A stretch of DNA of 64,000 nucleotides, taken from NCBI RefSeq assembly GCF_009914755.1, contig NC_060933.1. One strand, 5' to 3'. Origin of the DNA: the human T2T-CHM13v2.0 reference genome, Homo sapiens. How positions within the stretch are numbered: position 1 is the first letter of the stretch; each line of letters opens with the position of its first letter. Position numbers and translations under genes: made by a program. Shown here piece after piece: positions 1 to 19,050 of the stretch. The notes under the pieces are model-generated. The model made no database searches. It was not told where the DNA came from and worked only from the letters and a program-made list of their open reading frames with translations.

Positions 1-3545
<3,545 letters not shown>

Positions 3546-3646
3546 ACGAAAGTTTTGGAACAGAAACATTTTTGGAGAGGATTAAAATGGCACTGCATGA
3601 ACAGGACAAGTGGAGTGGGGAACTCCAAGCAGGATGACCGCTTTCA

Positions 3647-3991
<345 letters not shown>

Positions 3992-4199
3992 TCAAGAACA
4001 AGACCTGACATCAAGTATGCACTCGCACTGAATAAATGGTTATATTTTCATACACTTGTATGAAGAAAGGGTTATATTCTATGGATTGGATTAACTGGGG
4101 GAAGAAAAGTTTCAGATGAAAGAGACAATATGAAGAAGCGCTTTGAGGACTTGGAGAGAAGAGCTAGGCATGGCTGCGGTATAAGTAACATAGCAACAT

Positions 4200-4325
4200 T
4201 GCTGGGCGCAGTGGCGCCCACCTGAGGTCCCAGCTACTTGGGAGGCTGAGGTGGGAGGAATGAGCTGAGGAGTTCGAGTCAAGCCTGGACAATATAGTGA
4301 GGTCTTGTCTCTCAAAATAAAAAGC
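4200..4325 (+). mobile_element. Alu monomer (FLAM)
   Basis: Single diverged monomer with A-tail. Confidence 0.8.
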
Positions 4326-4739
4326 TTTAAAAAAAGTTTTTTAAACATTAAATGCATACAAGGCAAGAATGCAAGAGATGTCACAAAACTTATGTGGCCA
4401 TCACCAGATAAAAAGCATAGACAATGGCATATCCAAATAGAGGAGAGAGAATTCACTGTGAGCAAGCAAGGCCTCCCAGAAGACATCTGGCATCCAGTGG
4501 GCCTCAAAGAATAGCAAAGATTTTCAAGGCTGAAGCAGGGACAGCTTCCTGTTACTAGAACTCCTGGAACCAAGGGTTTACGCAGGACAGGCCCAAGAAA
4601 ATAGATTGGGAGTTTCCAAACTGTGGCTGTCCAGTGGCCCCTGGCTACCACAGGAGGGAAGAAAGAGTTCTATCTTTAGTCCTTAAGATCAGAACTAAAA
4701 CTCTATCTCTTCTATAACAACCAGCCATAATCCATAGGC

Positions 4740-5040
4740 TTTTTTTTTTTTTTTTTTTTTTTTTGAGACAGGGTCTAGCTCTGTCACCCAGGCTGGAGTG
4801 CACGGGTGAAATCATAGCTCATTGCAGCCTTGACCTGCTGGGCTCAAGCGATCCTTCCACCTCAGTCTCCCACACAGCTGTGGCCACAGGCACATGCCAT
4901 CATTACTGGCTAATATTTGATTTTTTGTAGAGATGGGATCTCACTGTGTTGCCTAGGCTGGCCTCAAACTCCTGAGCTTGTGTGATCCTCCCACCTCAGC
5001 CTCCCAAAGTGCTGGGATTACAAGTGTGAGCCACTGTGCC
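4740..5040 (-). mobile_element. AluJ
   Basis: Diverged dimer with J-type atagctcattgcagcctt. Confidence 0.9.
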
Positions 5041-6097
5041 TAATCTATAAATTGCTTTCTGATATAAGCTACTTTCTTTTTAAAAGTGTTTTTAGAAAAA
5101 ATAAAAAGCATGTAAGAACACAGCTTTAAGACCATTTTAAAAGAGAATTTAATCCAATGGTTGTGAGCTGAAGTTGGTAAAGCCCACATAATGCTGGGTC
5201 ATGCACATACCGAGATACTCAACAAGGCTTTGATGAATAGGTGAATCAATGAATGAATGAAATGCCTGAGGCCATCCTGATTCCCTCAATGAACTGAAGC
5301 AGGGTGACAAGGGTGTGGGCAGAGTGGGGGGTCAGAAGTGTGAGGGGAGGGGGGGATGTGGATGAGCCACTCAGGAGAAGTCTGTCTGATGAATAGGTTT
5401 CTAAATCTGTTGCTAAGAAAGCAGCAGCAGACATCTGACTTTTGTGGGTAAGCCCTTGTTCGGCCTCAGAGCTCCATGTGCAGGAGATAGCACAACCTCC
5501 ATTTCCCCTGCGTCTGGTCAAAGAGGCTTTCTGGTTAATGTTTGTAGGACACAGAGACAACAAATATAAACAAGTGCCTGGCCTGGGCAAGGTGAAGTTT
5601 TGGTTTGGGTCTTTTTTTCCAGTTTTAACAGGGTCTGTGATGGGGGCAGGCATTATTCAGTCTTTGCCAAATGATGTTCTGAAACCCCTTCCCGGTGGAG
5701 GGCACAAGGGCAGAGTCCTATGAAGAACAGACAGGCATGGCCAAGGCATCTGTGTACCTGGCAGCGTTTGGAAGTCCCCCTTCCCTAGGCCGAAGGCTGT
5801 CCTTTGTTTAGGTGAGCCCTCTCTAGAGCCAGACTGAGGCAAGGACAGTCATTGGCTTTCTGGAGGCAAGGAAAATCCCTGGCTTTCTGGGAGAAATACA
5901 CATTGATGAGCAGGGAAGTCCCAGACCTGCTGGGAAGACAGGATTTTTGGAAACAGACAGACGTAGGTTTGAAGTCTGACCACCTACCTGTCTACCGGCT
6001 GGGAGAGTCATATCTAATTCCTGCTTCTTCCCAACTTACTCTAAATCTGAAAATGTTTAAATCTCAGCCCTAAGTGAGTAGCCCCCAGGAGGAGCCA

Positions 6098-6225
6098 AAG
6101 GAGGGGTGGGAAGGAGGGAGAGAGACAGAGGGAGGAGAGAGGGAGGAGAAGGAGGGGGAAGAGGGGAAGGGGAGAGGGAGAGGGGGAGGGAGAGAGACAG
6201 AGGGAGAAAGGTAGAGAGGTGAGGG
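6098..6225 (+). repeat. GA-rich low-complexity purine tract
   Basis: ~125 nt almost exclusively G/A. Confidence 0.9.
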
Positions 6226-6379
6226 AATAAAATGGGACCCCAGCTGCAGGGCCCAGAGCAGCCCTACCAGCCAGTAAATGATGGCTTCCAGGCAAAGAGA
6301 ACATTGTACTGCAGGCAGTAGCTGAGCTGACCTGGACACTGGAAGTCAGGGGCCCACAGACAGAACAGAGAGGGCTGTA

Positions 6380-6690
6380 CATTCAGTAAAGAAAAAATTA
6401 CACACTTATTTTCATTAACCCCTAACTAAACTTTAGCTATTCCTTCAGTTAATGTATGCAACAAAGTAGGGTGTATCAGAGGCACCTGCGACTCTGGCGC
6501 AATTTGAATCTGAAATATTTTCACTTCCCACTGCGTTTGTTGCAGATACCTTGAAATTTCTTATATTCATCACTTCTTCAAAATCATCGTTGTTATTAGA
6601 GCGACTGCCAGATCTTATCATGCAATGCATTAATAAAGTAGCCTTTATCTTGCCTGAGTTTGTTTACATTTTGATAACTGTATTTCAATA
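6380..6690. mobile_element. Probable ancient hAT-Charlie-like DNA transposon fragment
   Basis: AT-rich block with motifs (ttgcagatac.ttgaaat, ttgataactgtatttcaata) recalled from Charlie-type relics; no TIR verified. Confidence 0.4.
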
Positions 6691-7115
6691 CAGCAGGTTC
6701 TGTCTGGAGTCCTTTGTGCTTGTTTTAGGCATGAAGAACATGACTCCAAGAATCCGTCCATCCACCTCCCCAGGCTGCCGAAGACGGGAGCACGGCACAC
6801 AAGGGTGAGAACTGAGGAGGGCAGCTGGCAGGGGCAGGCTCTGAAAGCACAGCTGTGTGAAGGTCCGGTTCAATATCCGCTTCAGAAGACACACAGCCCT
6901 TTGTTGCTCATGTCTGTTGCTGTCTAAAGTTGATCAAGGGCCAACTTAGAGAACAGGATGGAGCTGTGGAGAGGAATGGGTAGAATGCCATGGAGATATT
7001 GAGAACAAAAGGCCATGGCTAATACTCCCACTCCGGCCCCAGCACCCAGGCACAGGGAATCTGAGCCCCCTCCACCCACATCTGCGAGCCCCTGACAGAC
7101 TCAGCAGATGTCAGC

Positions 7116-7710
<595 letters not shown>

Positions 7711-8401
7711 CTCTGTCTGCCATCTAACTCGCAGCCTGCTTCTATCATGTGCTGGAGAGCTGCCCTGCCTGCTGAAGAAAGCTGAGACCCCAAACGTCTT
7801 TTCCTCAGGAAGGTGAAGGTGAACTTGGTGGCCTTTACCTGATGACTCTGCTGATATTTGATCCCTGAGGGAATGAGCCACGGTTCAGCACCCAACCCCC
7901 ACTTGAACTCTGCAGTTTCCCAGTTTCATTAAGAAGCCCATTGTTGAGTCTGGCCATGCGTCAAGGACACGTGGACTCTTGGGGCAACCCCGTTTCTCCA
8001 GCATCCTCCCAGGTGATGGGTTGGTGTGGCCAGGAGCCAACAGGAAGGGTGTGGGCCAGAGGGGAGAGGCTTCCTAGCAGCTGGCTGCCCTGGAGCTCCG
8101 GGAAGGTTTGACCATCAGGTTTACTGCACCAGGAATATATCCTTCAGTTTCCCCCAGCCAATCTGTAGAATAAGGAGAAATGGAGAGTGTAGGAAGATAA
8201 CTGCAGTGTGGACACAGCCTCAGGTTTCTTCTTCGGTAAAGCTGATGTTTATTACACAGGGGCATAGTAAGTGAAGCATGCACTTCATTTTTCATTTTTC
8301 CTAGAATCCAGTGCTGCTAAAAAAAAAAAAAAAAAGGACAACTGTTTACTCACTGAAGAGCAAATATATACGTTGTTGGATGAGGAAGAAAAAGTTCCGT
8401 T

Positions 8402-8712
8402 GGGACAGGGCGTGGTGGTTCACACCTGTAATCCCAGCACTGTGGGAGGCTGAGACAGGAGGATTGCTTGAGCCCAAAAGTTCGAGTCCAGACTGGGCAA
8501 GATGGCGAAACCCCGTCCCTCCAAAAAATACAAATATTAGCTGGGCGTGGTGGTGTGCACCTAGTCCCAGCTACTTGAGAGGCTGAGGTGGGAGGATCGT
8601 TTGAGCCTGGGAGGCAGAGGTTACAGGGAGCAGGAGGTTACAGTGAGATGAGATTGCGTCACTGCACTCCAGCCTGGGCGACAGCAAGACCCCGTCTCAG
8701 AAAAAAGAAAAA
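8402..8712 (+). mobile_element. Alu (J-type) with small internal duplication
   Basis: Dimer; gaggttacag repeated at ~8618-8645. Confidence 0.9.
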
Positions 8713-8819
8713 GTTCCATTGCTCCCCACCACCCAAATGAATGCCACCTAAAACAGCTCCTGAATGGCTGGGGGCCAGAGTGGCGGGTTTTGGGAGAAAC
8801 AAACCACAGCTGCCAGTTA

Positions 8820-9235
8820 TGAGGCACCAGCTGCACCACATCGTTTCATTAGATCCCCCACGATGCCATGAGGCAGGAGCTCTTCAACTCACTTTCCACA
8901 TGAGGAAAATAAGGTTTCGGGAAGTTAAGAAACTTGTTTCTGCCACACACATCTTACCTTCTGATTTGATTTTGTGAGAAAAGCCTGGTTTGTTTGTTTG
9001 TTTGTTTGTTTTTGCCTGAGCATGGTGCACATTTCAATCTGGAATGAAGGAGTATAGTGAGGGGGAGGTGCGGCGCACCTCAGCTGTGCAGGTGTGTGGT
9101 GTTACTTAAAGCACACCGTAGCGGCTACTGGGAAGCCTGGGTCCCAGCCCTGTTGCTAAGCTGCTGCTTGACCTGGAGTAGCTCCCTTTTCCCAGCGTGC
9201 CTCAGTTTCCTCATGGGAAAGCTCACTACCAGCTG
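8820..9235. mobile_element. MIR fragments
   Basis: Core motifs atgaggaaaataaggtttcgggaagttaag and gcctcagtttcctcat. Confidence 0.65.
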
Positions 9236-9891
9236 AAGGTGAGTGGACTGGGGATGGAGAGGAGGGGACAGAGCTGGGGTGCAGGCCGGCAGACGGGTGG
9301 AGTGTGGGAGAGGCTGAGATGGGGAGAGTCCGGGGAGCAATGGGGTTCCAAGGAGGGGGCTGAGTCCTGGCCTGGGGAAGTCAGGTTCAAGGCGCTGGCG
9401 TCCCAGCTGATCCCTGGACCTGAACAGGGACCTGTTCCCTGTCCTGCTTGGAAGTCCCATCCTGGGTGTGGGCAGCCAGAGAAAGGAAGCGTTCTCCCAG
9501 TGCTGCCATGGGCTGCAGCCCTACCCTGCTGGGCTGAGTTCTGTGTTTAATGGAGGGAGGAGGAGGAGAGGGGTGAAGAGCTGGGCCTTCTGGTAGCTTT
9601 TTATAATTATTTCTAAAATGCTATATTTGGATATTATTTTCTGCTTCTACAAATAAAACATGCATATTGTAAAAAAATTCAAACATAACAAAAATCTGAA
9701 ATTGCTGGAAATGCTTTCCCAGGGCTGCTCCCTAGAACAAACTATTAATTATTAGGTGCTCATTGTACATGCTTTTTTACTCCTTTATTTTCCTTTTTTT
9801 TGGTAACATATGAACATGTTTATGTTGGACAATATAGAAGTATTTGAATCCAAATATCAGAGTTCCTCTTCCACTCCTTTCAACCTCCTGG

Positions 9892-10549
9892 TATGGCAGG
9901 CCAGGCCTCAGGAACGCGGGCCTCCGTAACAACTATTTCAGCACTGACTGGTGAAGTTAAATATTAAAAGCTGGTAGAGCCAGTGTCCTTACACAAAAGC
10001 TGGAATGTAACAAAACCCCACCCAGAGTTTCGCCTAGGCCTTTCCTGGGCCTTAAAGCATGACAAAATAACGAAGGCATTCTTAACAAAACCTGTTTAGG
10101 ATTAAACAAACAAGTTTTATTGGGGGGTCTGAAGAAACTCCCCAGGCCTCCACGAACAAGTTTATTGGAGGTTGGAAGGAACTCCCCAAACCTCTGTGAT
10201 TTAGTAGGAGACAAGATAAGGGTAATCACTGCAGCACCTGGACCCATTTAGATTAAGTCAATTTACTGAGGCTCCAGAGGAAGGTCTTCAGGACTCAGAC
10301 CTTAGTTATAGATTAGAAGTTAATCACTTATGTCTTTAGATAAATGCACACTTACACGTACACATAGAGCTTAGAAGGTATATAAGCTCTGGAATACTTT
10401 GAAATTTTGAGTTGGTCTGGCGATAATTTCCAGGCCTTCTCCCTGCACCTGGTTACAGAAATAGAAATTCTCTTCTTTCCCAGTTTATCTGCATCTTGAT
10501 ATGGGGCCACGAGAATAAGCAGCTCGTCCCTCGGTGTGGTCCGGGAGCA
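9892..10549 (+). mobile_element. ERV1-class solo LTR (658 bp)
   Basis: 4-bp TSD ctgg (9888-9891, 10550-10553); ends TA(<TG)...CA; TATA box gtatataagc ~10378; degenerate poly(A) signal ~10458. Confidence 0.8.
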
Positions 10550-11039
10550 CTGGCACTAAGCACTGGGCAGTGGGAGGGCAGCTTCTGGGCAGTGCCCCCC
10601 AGCCTGCTCCCTCCTGCCACTCCACCTCCCAGGCAGGTCCTCCCACCTCCCCAGGGGTGTGGTGGGGAGGGCTGGGGAGGCCTCAGCACTCCACTGACTC
10701 ATCAACCCTTCTGTCCTTTGATGGGTAGGATGGGGTGAACGCTAATGCCAGCAGACCTGGTTTCATAATATCTTAGTGTGTTCTGCATGTGTGATCCAGC
10801 CCCTCCCTTGGGATGCAGGGGAACTATGCATCTTTTATGTATTCTCAGACTTTGAGGTCTCAGCTGAATTGGAGACAGAAATAATCCCATCTTAATGTCC
10901 AGTCACATAACTATATCATCACTTATTTAACTGGCTTTCACTGATGGACATTAGGTTGTTGTGTGAGTGTGCATGCAATACACATCACACCCATGTGTGA
11001 GCTCCTGTGCTAGTATTAATATTATAAACAATGCCTCTC

Positions 11040-12449
11040 ATCATGCCACCTGACTTCAAACTATACTATAGAGCAGCAGTAACCAAAACAGCATGGTACT
11101 GGTACAAAAACTGACACATAGACCAATGGCACAGGATAGCCTAGAAATAAGGCCACGCACCTACAACCATCTGATCTTTGACAAACCTGACAAAAACAAG
11201 CAATGGGGAAAGGACTCCCTGTTCAAAGTGGTGCTGGGATAACTGGCTAGCCATATGCACAAGATTGAAACCAGACCCCTTCCTTATATCATATACAAAA
11301 ATTAACTCAAGATGGATTAAAAACTTAAACATAAAACCCAAAACTATAAAAACCCTGGAACACAACCTAGGCAATACCATTCCAGACATAGAAACTGGCA
11401 AATATTTCATGACGAAGAAGCCAAAAGCAATTGCAACAAAAGCAAAAATTGACAAATGGAATCTAAAGAGCTTCTGCCCAGGAAAAGAAACTATCAACAG
11501 AGTAAACATGCAACCTACAGAATGTGAGAAAAATTTTACAAACTAGGCATCTGACAAAGGTCTAATATCCAGCATCTATAAGGAACTTAAATTTATAAGA
11601 AAAAGACAACCCCATTAAAAAGTGGGCAAAGGATATGAACAGACACTTTTCAAAAGAAGACATACATGTGGCCAAGAATCATATGAAAAAAAATCAACAT
11701 CACTGATCATTAAAGAAACTGAAATAAAAAACATGATAAGACACCATCTCACACCAGTCAGAATGGCTGTTAAAAAGCCAAAAAAGAACAGAAGCTGGCA
11801 AGGTTGAAGAGAAAAGTGAATGCTTTTACACTGTTGGTGGGAGTGTAAATTAGTTCAACCATTGTGGAAGACAGTGTGGTGAGTCTTCAAAGACCTAAAA
11901 ACAGAAATACAATTCGACCCAGCAATCCTATTACTGGGTATATACTCAAAGGAATACAAATTGTTCTATTATAAAGACACATGCACACATACGTTCATTG
12001 CAGCACTATTCACAATCGGAAAGACACGGAATCAACCCAAATGCCCATCAGTGGTAGATGGATAGAGAAAATGTGGTACCTATACACCATGGAATACTAT
12101 GCAGCCATCAAAAAGAATGAGATTATATCCTTTGCAGGAACATGGATGGAACTGAAGGCCATTATCTTTAGCACACTAATGCAGGAACAGAAAATCAAAT
12201 ACCTCATGTTCTCACTTATAAGTGGGAGCTAAATGATGAGGACACATAGAGGGGAACAACACACACTGGGGCCTGTCAGGATGTGAAGGGTGGGAGGAGG
12301 GAGAGGGTCAGGAAAAATAACTAATAGATACAAGACTTAATGTCTGGGTGACAAAATAATCTGTACAACAAACCCCCATGACACAAGTTTACCTATATAA
12401 CAAACCTGCACGTGTACCCCTGAACTTAAAATAAGTTAAAAAACAAAAA
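11040..12449 (+). mobile_element. 5'-truncated L1PA (older primate subfamily): ORF2 C-terminus plus 3'UTR
   Basis: [19 protein letters not shown] and MEYYAAIKKNE peptides; L1 3'UTR; short A-tail; candidate TSD aatgcctc (11030, 12448). Confidence 0.93.
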
Positions 12450-12810
12450 TGCCTCAGGCATTGTAGTTGCCAATTCTCATAAGCAATTGTCACTTTGGCC
12501 TTCCTAGACCTCTAACCAGTCTCCAAACAAGTTCCCCTGCCCTGCTCTTCAAACTAGAAGTTGAGCACTGGGCCTACCCAATGTATGTCACAGGGCTCCG
12601 AAAGCATCACATTTACTTAAACCTTCTGGTGTAATGGGGATGTAATGTAATTATTATGTACTTAAGAGAGGATAAATTGGCTGGGCATTTCTCCATTGTA
12701 GTGAGCTATTTGCTGTTGGTGCCAAACCTGCAGGCCCTGCAGAGTCCATTCACAGTCATTCCCCTCTGCCCTCAGGGATATTTTGATAGGAAATCTTGAA
12801 ACGTATTCTC

Positions 12811-12985
12811 TGTAGTAGGCAGCATCCAAGATGGCCCCAGGGATCCCAGCCTCTTGATATCCACACCCTTAGGCAGTCCCTTCCCACAGTGCACCAGGAT
12901 TGGCCTGTGCGACCAAAGAATATAGCAAAGGGATGGCAAGTCACTTCCACAATTAGGTTATAAGGTTACTATAGGTTATAAAAGG
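12811..12985 (+). mobile_element. MaLR LTR (MLT1F-like) 5' part
   Basis: Start tgtagtaggcagc..aagatggcccc; gtcacttcc..attaggttataa. Confidence 0.7.
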
Positions 12986-12991
12986 CTTCAA

Positions 12992-13855
<864 letters not shown>

Positions 13856-14292
13856 CTAGATTTGTAAACCCAAGAACTTAGTCCGGAAGACAATATTGCT
13901 TCTTTTGATTTAGAAGAAACTGAATGCTCTAGAGGGCAAAATAATCGATTTTTCATTCAGTGCTGAGTTTCAACCACGTATCATTAATACGTGAATGATT
14001 CCAGGACCTTCTCTCCAGACCTTTGGAGGTGTCTTCACACAGGAAAGCTGTTGGTTAATGAGCCTGCCATGTGGGTATACCGTAGTTGGCACTTTCATTC
14101 TCACTCAGTTATTTGCGTCCCTTTGATCCTGCGAAGTATCTTCGTATCCCCACATGCTAGATGAGGAAATGATGCCTGAAGAGGTTACACAAATGACCCA
14201 TGGACACGCTGCTAATTAGTGGCACGTCTCTGGTGTTAATAAGGATTCTCAACGAATTGGAGTTATGTTACCAAGTCAAAACATGGGGAACT

Positions 14293-14535
14293 GGCTGGGC
14301 GCGGTGGCTCACCCCTGTAATCCTAGCACTTTGGGAGGATGAGGCGGGCAGATTGCTAGAGCTCAGGAGTTTGAGGCCAACCTGAGCAACATAATGAGAC
14401 CTCTTGTCTCTACAAAAAATTTAAAAAATTAGCCGGGAGTGGTGGCACAAACCTGTGGTTCCAGCTACTTGGGAGGCTGAAGTGGGACAATGACTTGAGC
14501 CTAGGAGCAAGACCCTGTCTCAAAAATAAAAACCA
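14293..14535 (+). mobile_element. Alu with right-arm deletion
   Basis: cttgagcctaggag joined directly to caagaccctgtctc. Confidence 0.88.
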
Positions 14536-14603
14536 AAACTTGGGGAATTCGTCCTAAGGATCCACGGGTGTCTCATGGAGCTTGAGAGCTGAGGTCCAGG
14601 TAG

Positions 14604-15066
<463 letters not shown>

Positions 15067-15439
15067 ATCACTGTTCTTTTCTTCCTCCCTCAGTTCCAAA
15101 ATCCTAGAGAAGGCACACCCATGGGCACAGGGGGCACGTCATGTCATACAAAATGGACGCTGACCTGGCCCCACTCCCGAGGGCCTCAGCGGATAGAGTC
15201 ATTATGAGCTGCGCCGATAGCCCGGAAGCGGAACTAGCGTTGCAGATCAGCAGCAGGGAGCGAGCCCCTGTGAGGTCGGCCAGGGACTTCCTACGGGTGG
15301 ATTGCTGTGACAGCAGCTTTGTGCCTACAACTTCTGCCAGCTTCCTGCTTTTTCTCTCATCACAGCCATTTTGTCCAAGCAGCCCCTACGGCTACTTATT
15401 GTGCAATTCACCGAGTGCACTGAGGAGCTTCAAGAAATA

Positions 15440-15541
15440 GCTGCCTGGGCCTGGGTTTCCGTCCACATCTTTGTGAGATGAGACTCTGGGGCTGCCTGGG
15501 CCTGAGCTTCCGTCCACATCTTTGTGAGATGAGACTCTGGG
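15440..15541. repeat. 51-bp tandem duplication (2 copies, 2 mismatches)
   Basis: 15440-15490 vs 15491-15541. Confidence 0.95.
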
Positions 15542-16421
15542 GCATTTCCCTCCAGCATGGCCTTTGGTTCCAAGTCAGGTTTGGGTGGTAGATTCCTAGG
15601 AAGAGTCTCGATGAGCCAGTCCCTGTGGGACAGGCGATGCCCTCTCTGGACAATGGGCCCCATGGACCCTGGACGGTCGAGGAGCTGATGTCATCTGAGT
15701 TCTGTGCACGGGCCAGGGCTTGTTGCTGGTTGCAGTTTCTGTGTGCGTGCGGTATGTCGGGGAGGCTGTCAACTCTGTCTGGATTAATAATGACTGACTT
15801 GAACCTAATTCATTAGATACACAAGACCAGGAAGGTGGTTCACCCAGAATTGGGCAAGTCATGGGAGCCGCGGCAGCCTTCCTCTGGCCTGTCTCTGCCA
15901 GGCCTCCGCAGTGCATCACTCAGAGCTGAGAGGAGCCCTGCCCAGCTCAGCAGGCCCAGGGTCCTGAAGAAGGTGTTGTTGGCCCAAGGCCCCCAGGCAG
16001 CCCTGGGATGGCACAGGTGGCTCCTCACCTGTCTGGAGGCCCTCGACAGCCCCTGAGGCCTTTCCCAAGAAGGCCTTCACCCTGGATCTAATCTGGAAGG
16101 GAGGAATCTTCCTCTAGTAGTAAAAGGGGTAGTCCTCTCTTAAAAAAGGAGGCTTCCTTCTGAGGCCTCCTGAAGTCAGCCTTGTCTTAGCTGCCACAAT
16201 TACACGCTAACAGCCAGTGGCCCAGGCTTCTCTCTAGAGCTCTAAGTCTGGTCATCCAGCTTGTCTGTTGGACATCTGCCCTTGCGTGTGCCCTGGGCAC
16301 CTCCCAGCACGTGAAGTCCGGTCCTCCTCACTCATGGGTACTCTGCTCTCCTTCCTTACTCTTCTCAAAACCTGCTCCTCTAATATTCACTCCTTACGGG
16401 ACTGTTCCCACCAGCCCCCTA

Positions 16422-16802
<381 letters not shown>

Positions 16803-16804
<2 letters not shown>

Positions 16805-18300
16805 TTTATTCAACCCCTGCTATGTGCCAGGCCCTGTGCTGGGCTCTAGAGGTAAAGGCATGAGTCAGTGCCAGCACAAGATGCTTGCAGGTTAGTGGAA
16901 AGCACACCTTTCCACCCAGGGAAGGGAAAAAATGAGAACTTGGCAAGCTCACAACAGGAGGAGGATGTAGAGCGTCTTGCTCCCTGGCTTATAAGATTCA
17001 GGAAAGGTTTCCTGGAGGAGGGGATACCAGAATTGAGTCAGGGGAGAAGACAGAGGAGGGAGGAAGAGGACTTCCAGGCAGAGGGGAATGTGGGGCCCAG
17101 TGTGTCTCGGGGAACTGGGAACAGGCTGACGCTGCCAGAGTGTAGTATGCCGGGCAAGGGAGTCCTGGCAGCCAAGGCTGGAGCCATCATCAGGAGCAGG
17201 TTAAGAAGGCTCTTGTTGCGAAGGGGAGCATCTAATAAGATTGGACTTTGTCCTGTGGCAGGGGAGAGCCATTTAAGGGTTTGGAGCTATGGGTGGGAGT
17301 CGGGGGTAAAGGGGCCACGATCAGGTTGTATTTGAGTGATTCCCTCTGGAGGCTGTGCAGAGGTCTGAATATGAAAGTGAGGGGTACAAAGCAGGAAGCG
17401 AGATCGTGGAAAGGCAGGAGATGATGGGGCCTGAACTAGGGCTGTGGAGGAAAGGGAGAGGAAAGGACCGTTCACTAGGCGTTGGGGAGGCAGAAGATGA
17501 AAGAGTCAAGGATGACCCTCCTGTTTCTGGCTAGGGTATCCGGTGAATGGTAGGCCAGCAATGGAGCCAGGCAGTACAGGAGAAGAAATGTGTTTGCGGG
17601 GAAGTTTGAAGAGTCCATATTTGGATATGTTGAGTTTGAGTGCCTACAGCTGGGGTGTCCAATCTTTTGGCTTTTCTGGGCCGCACATAAAACTCTATCA
17701 CTAATGATAGCTGATGAGCTGAAAAAAAATTGCCAAAAAATCTCATGTTTTAAGAAAGATAAGGAATTTGTGTTGGGCCACATTCAAAGCTGTCCCGGGC
17801 TGCATGTGGGCCCGCGGGCCATGGGTTGGACAACTTGGCCTACAGGATATTCAGGAGGATAACTTCAGGAGGAGATGTTTAGCAGGAAACACAAGGAGAA
17901 GTGGGACTGGAGATAGGAATCTCTGTGTTAGGGGAACTGTAAAAAGGTTGCTGATGCAAGTAGGAGAGGATGCAGTAGCTCCAGGAAGAGTGCGCAGAAT
18001 GGGAAAATGGTGAGGGTCATATCCTGGTGAGCCCTGATGGGAACGGGTGGGCCAGAGAAAAAGAAACTCAGGAGAAAGAACTCAGAGAGCAACACTGAGG
18101 ATTTAGTGAGAGGAGTATCACATGACAGCCAAAGGGCGAGTCATGGGAGCCGCAGCAGCCTTCCTCTGGCCTGTCCCTGCCAGGCCTCCACACCTCGATA
18201 TGCAGAGAGTCTCACACCACAGAGCAGTCCAGCAGCACAAAGACTGGAACGTGTTTATTAGACCTGACATTTAGGAAGCCACTGGCAAACCTGTGGTTGG
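16803..18300 (-). mobile_element. L2 remnant
   Basis: catttatt..tatgtgccaggccctgtgct terminal motif; ttttggatatgttgagtttgag.tgcct. Confidence 0.7.
17650..17837 (+). mobile_element. MER30-type hAT MITE inserted in L2
   Basis: Perfect 8-bp TSD gcctacag (17642-17649, 17838-17845); termini ctggggtgtccaa...ttggacaacttg. Confidence 0.88.
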
Positions 18301-18465
18301 GAGAGGCAGGCCTCGGCCGACATGGTAGCTCCAGTCTCAACCGTACCTATGGCACTGTGGAAGGAGCATGGGAGTGGAATTCATATGCAGCAATCAGTCT
18401 TGTTCAGCACAGAGGAGGCTTGATTTTAAAGCTAAACAAATTTGCATTTTGGAATGCAACCAAAG

Positions 18466-18963
<498 letters not shown>

Positions 18964-19033
18964 TTATAACCGTGTCAGTCCTGACCTGTGCATTAAGAAG
19001 CTTGTACTGTATTTGGAACTTGGTTTTGAACAA

Positions 19034-19050
19034 CAGCGCCTCCTGGTGTA
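19034..19050 (-). promoter_or_regulatory. Candidate CTCF-binding motif
   Basis: Minus strand tACACCAGGAGGCGCTG vs consensus CCASYAGRKGGCRSY (two deviations) in AT-rich, apparently unique sequence. Confidence 0.55.

Noticed and set aside
4112-4651. Longest ORF in the window (179 aa, minus strand)
   Set aside because: Runs through a FLAM and probable L2-like sequence; no recognisable domain
11141-12232. ORFs resembling a reverse-transcriptase protein C-terminus
   Set aside because: Frameshifted remnants of a 5'-truncated L1, not a host gene
15408-15663. ORFs with internally repeated 17-aa peptides
   Set aside because: Fully explained by the 51-bp DNA duplication; both frames repeat equally
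16868-17335. 155-aa plus-strand ORF
   Set aside because: Lies in the antisense of an L2 relic; non-ATG start
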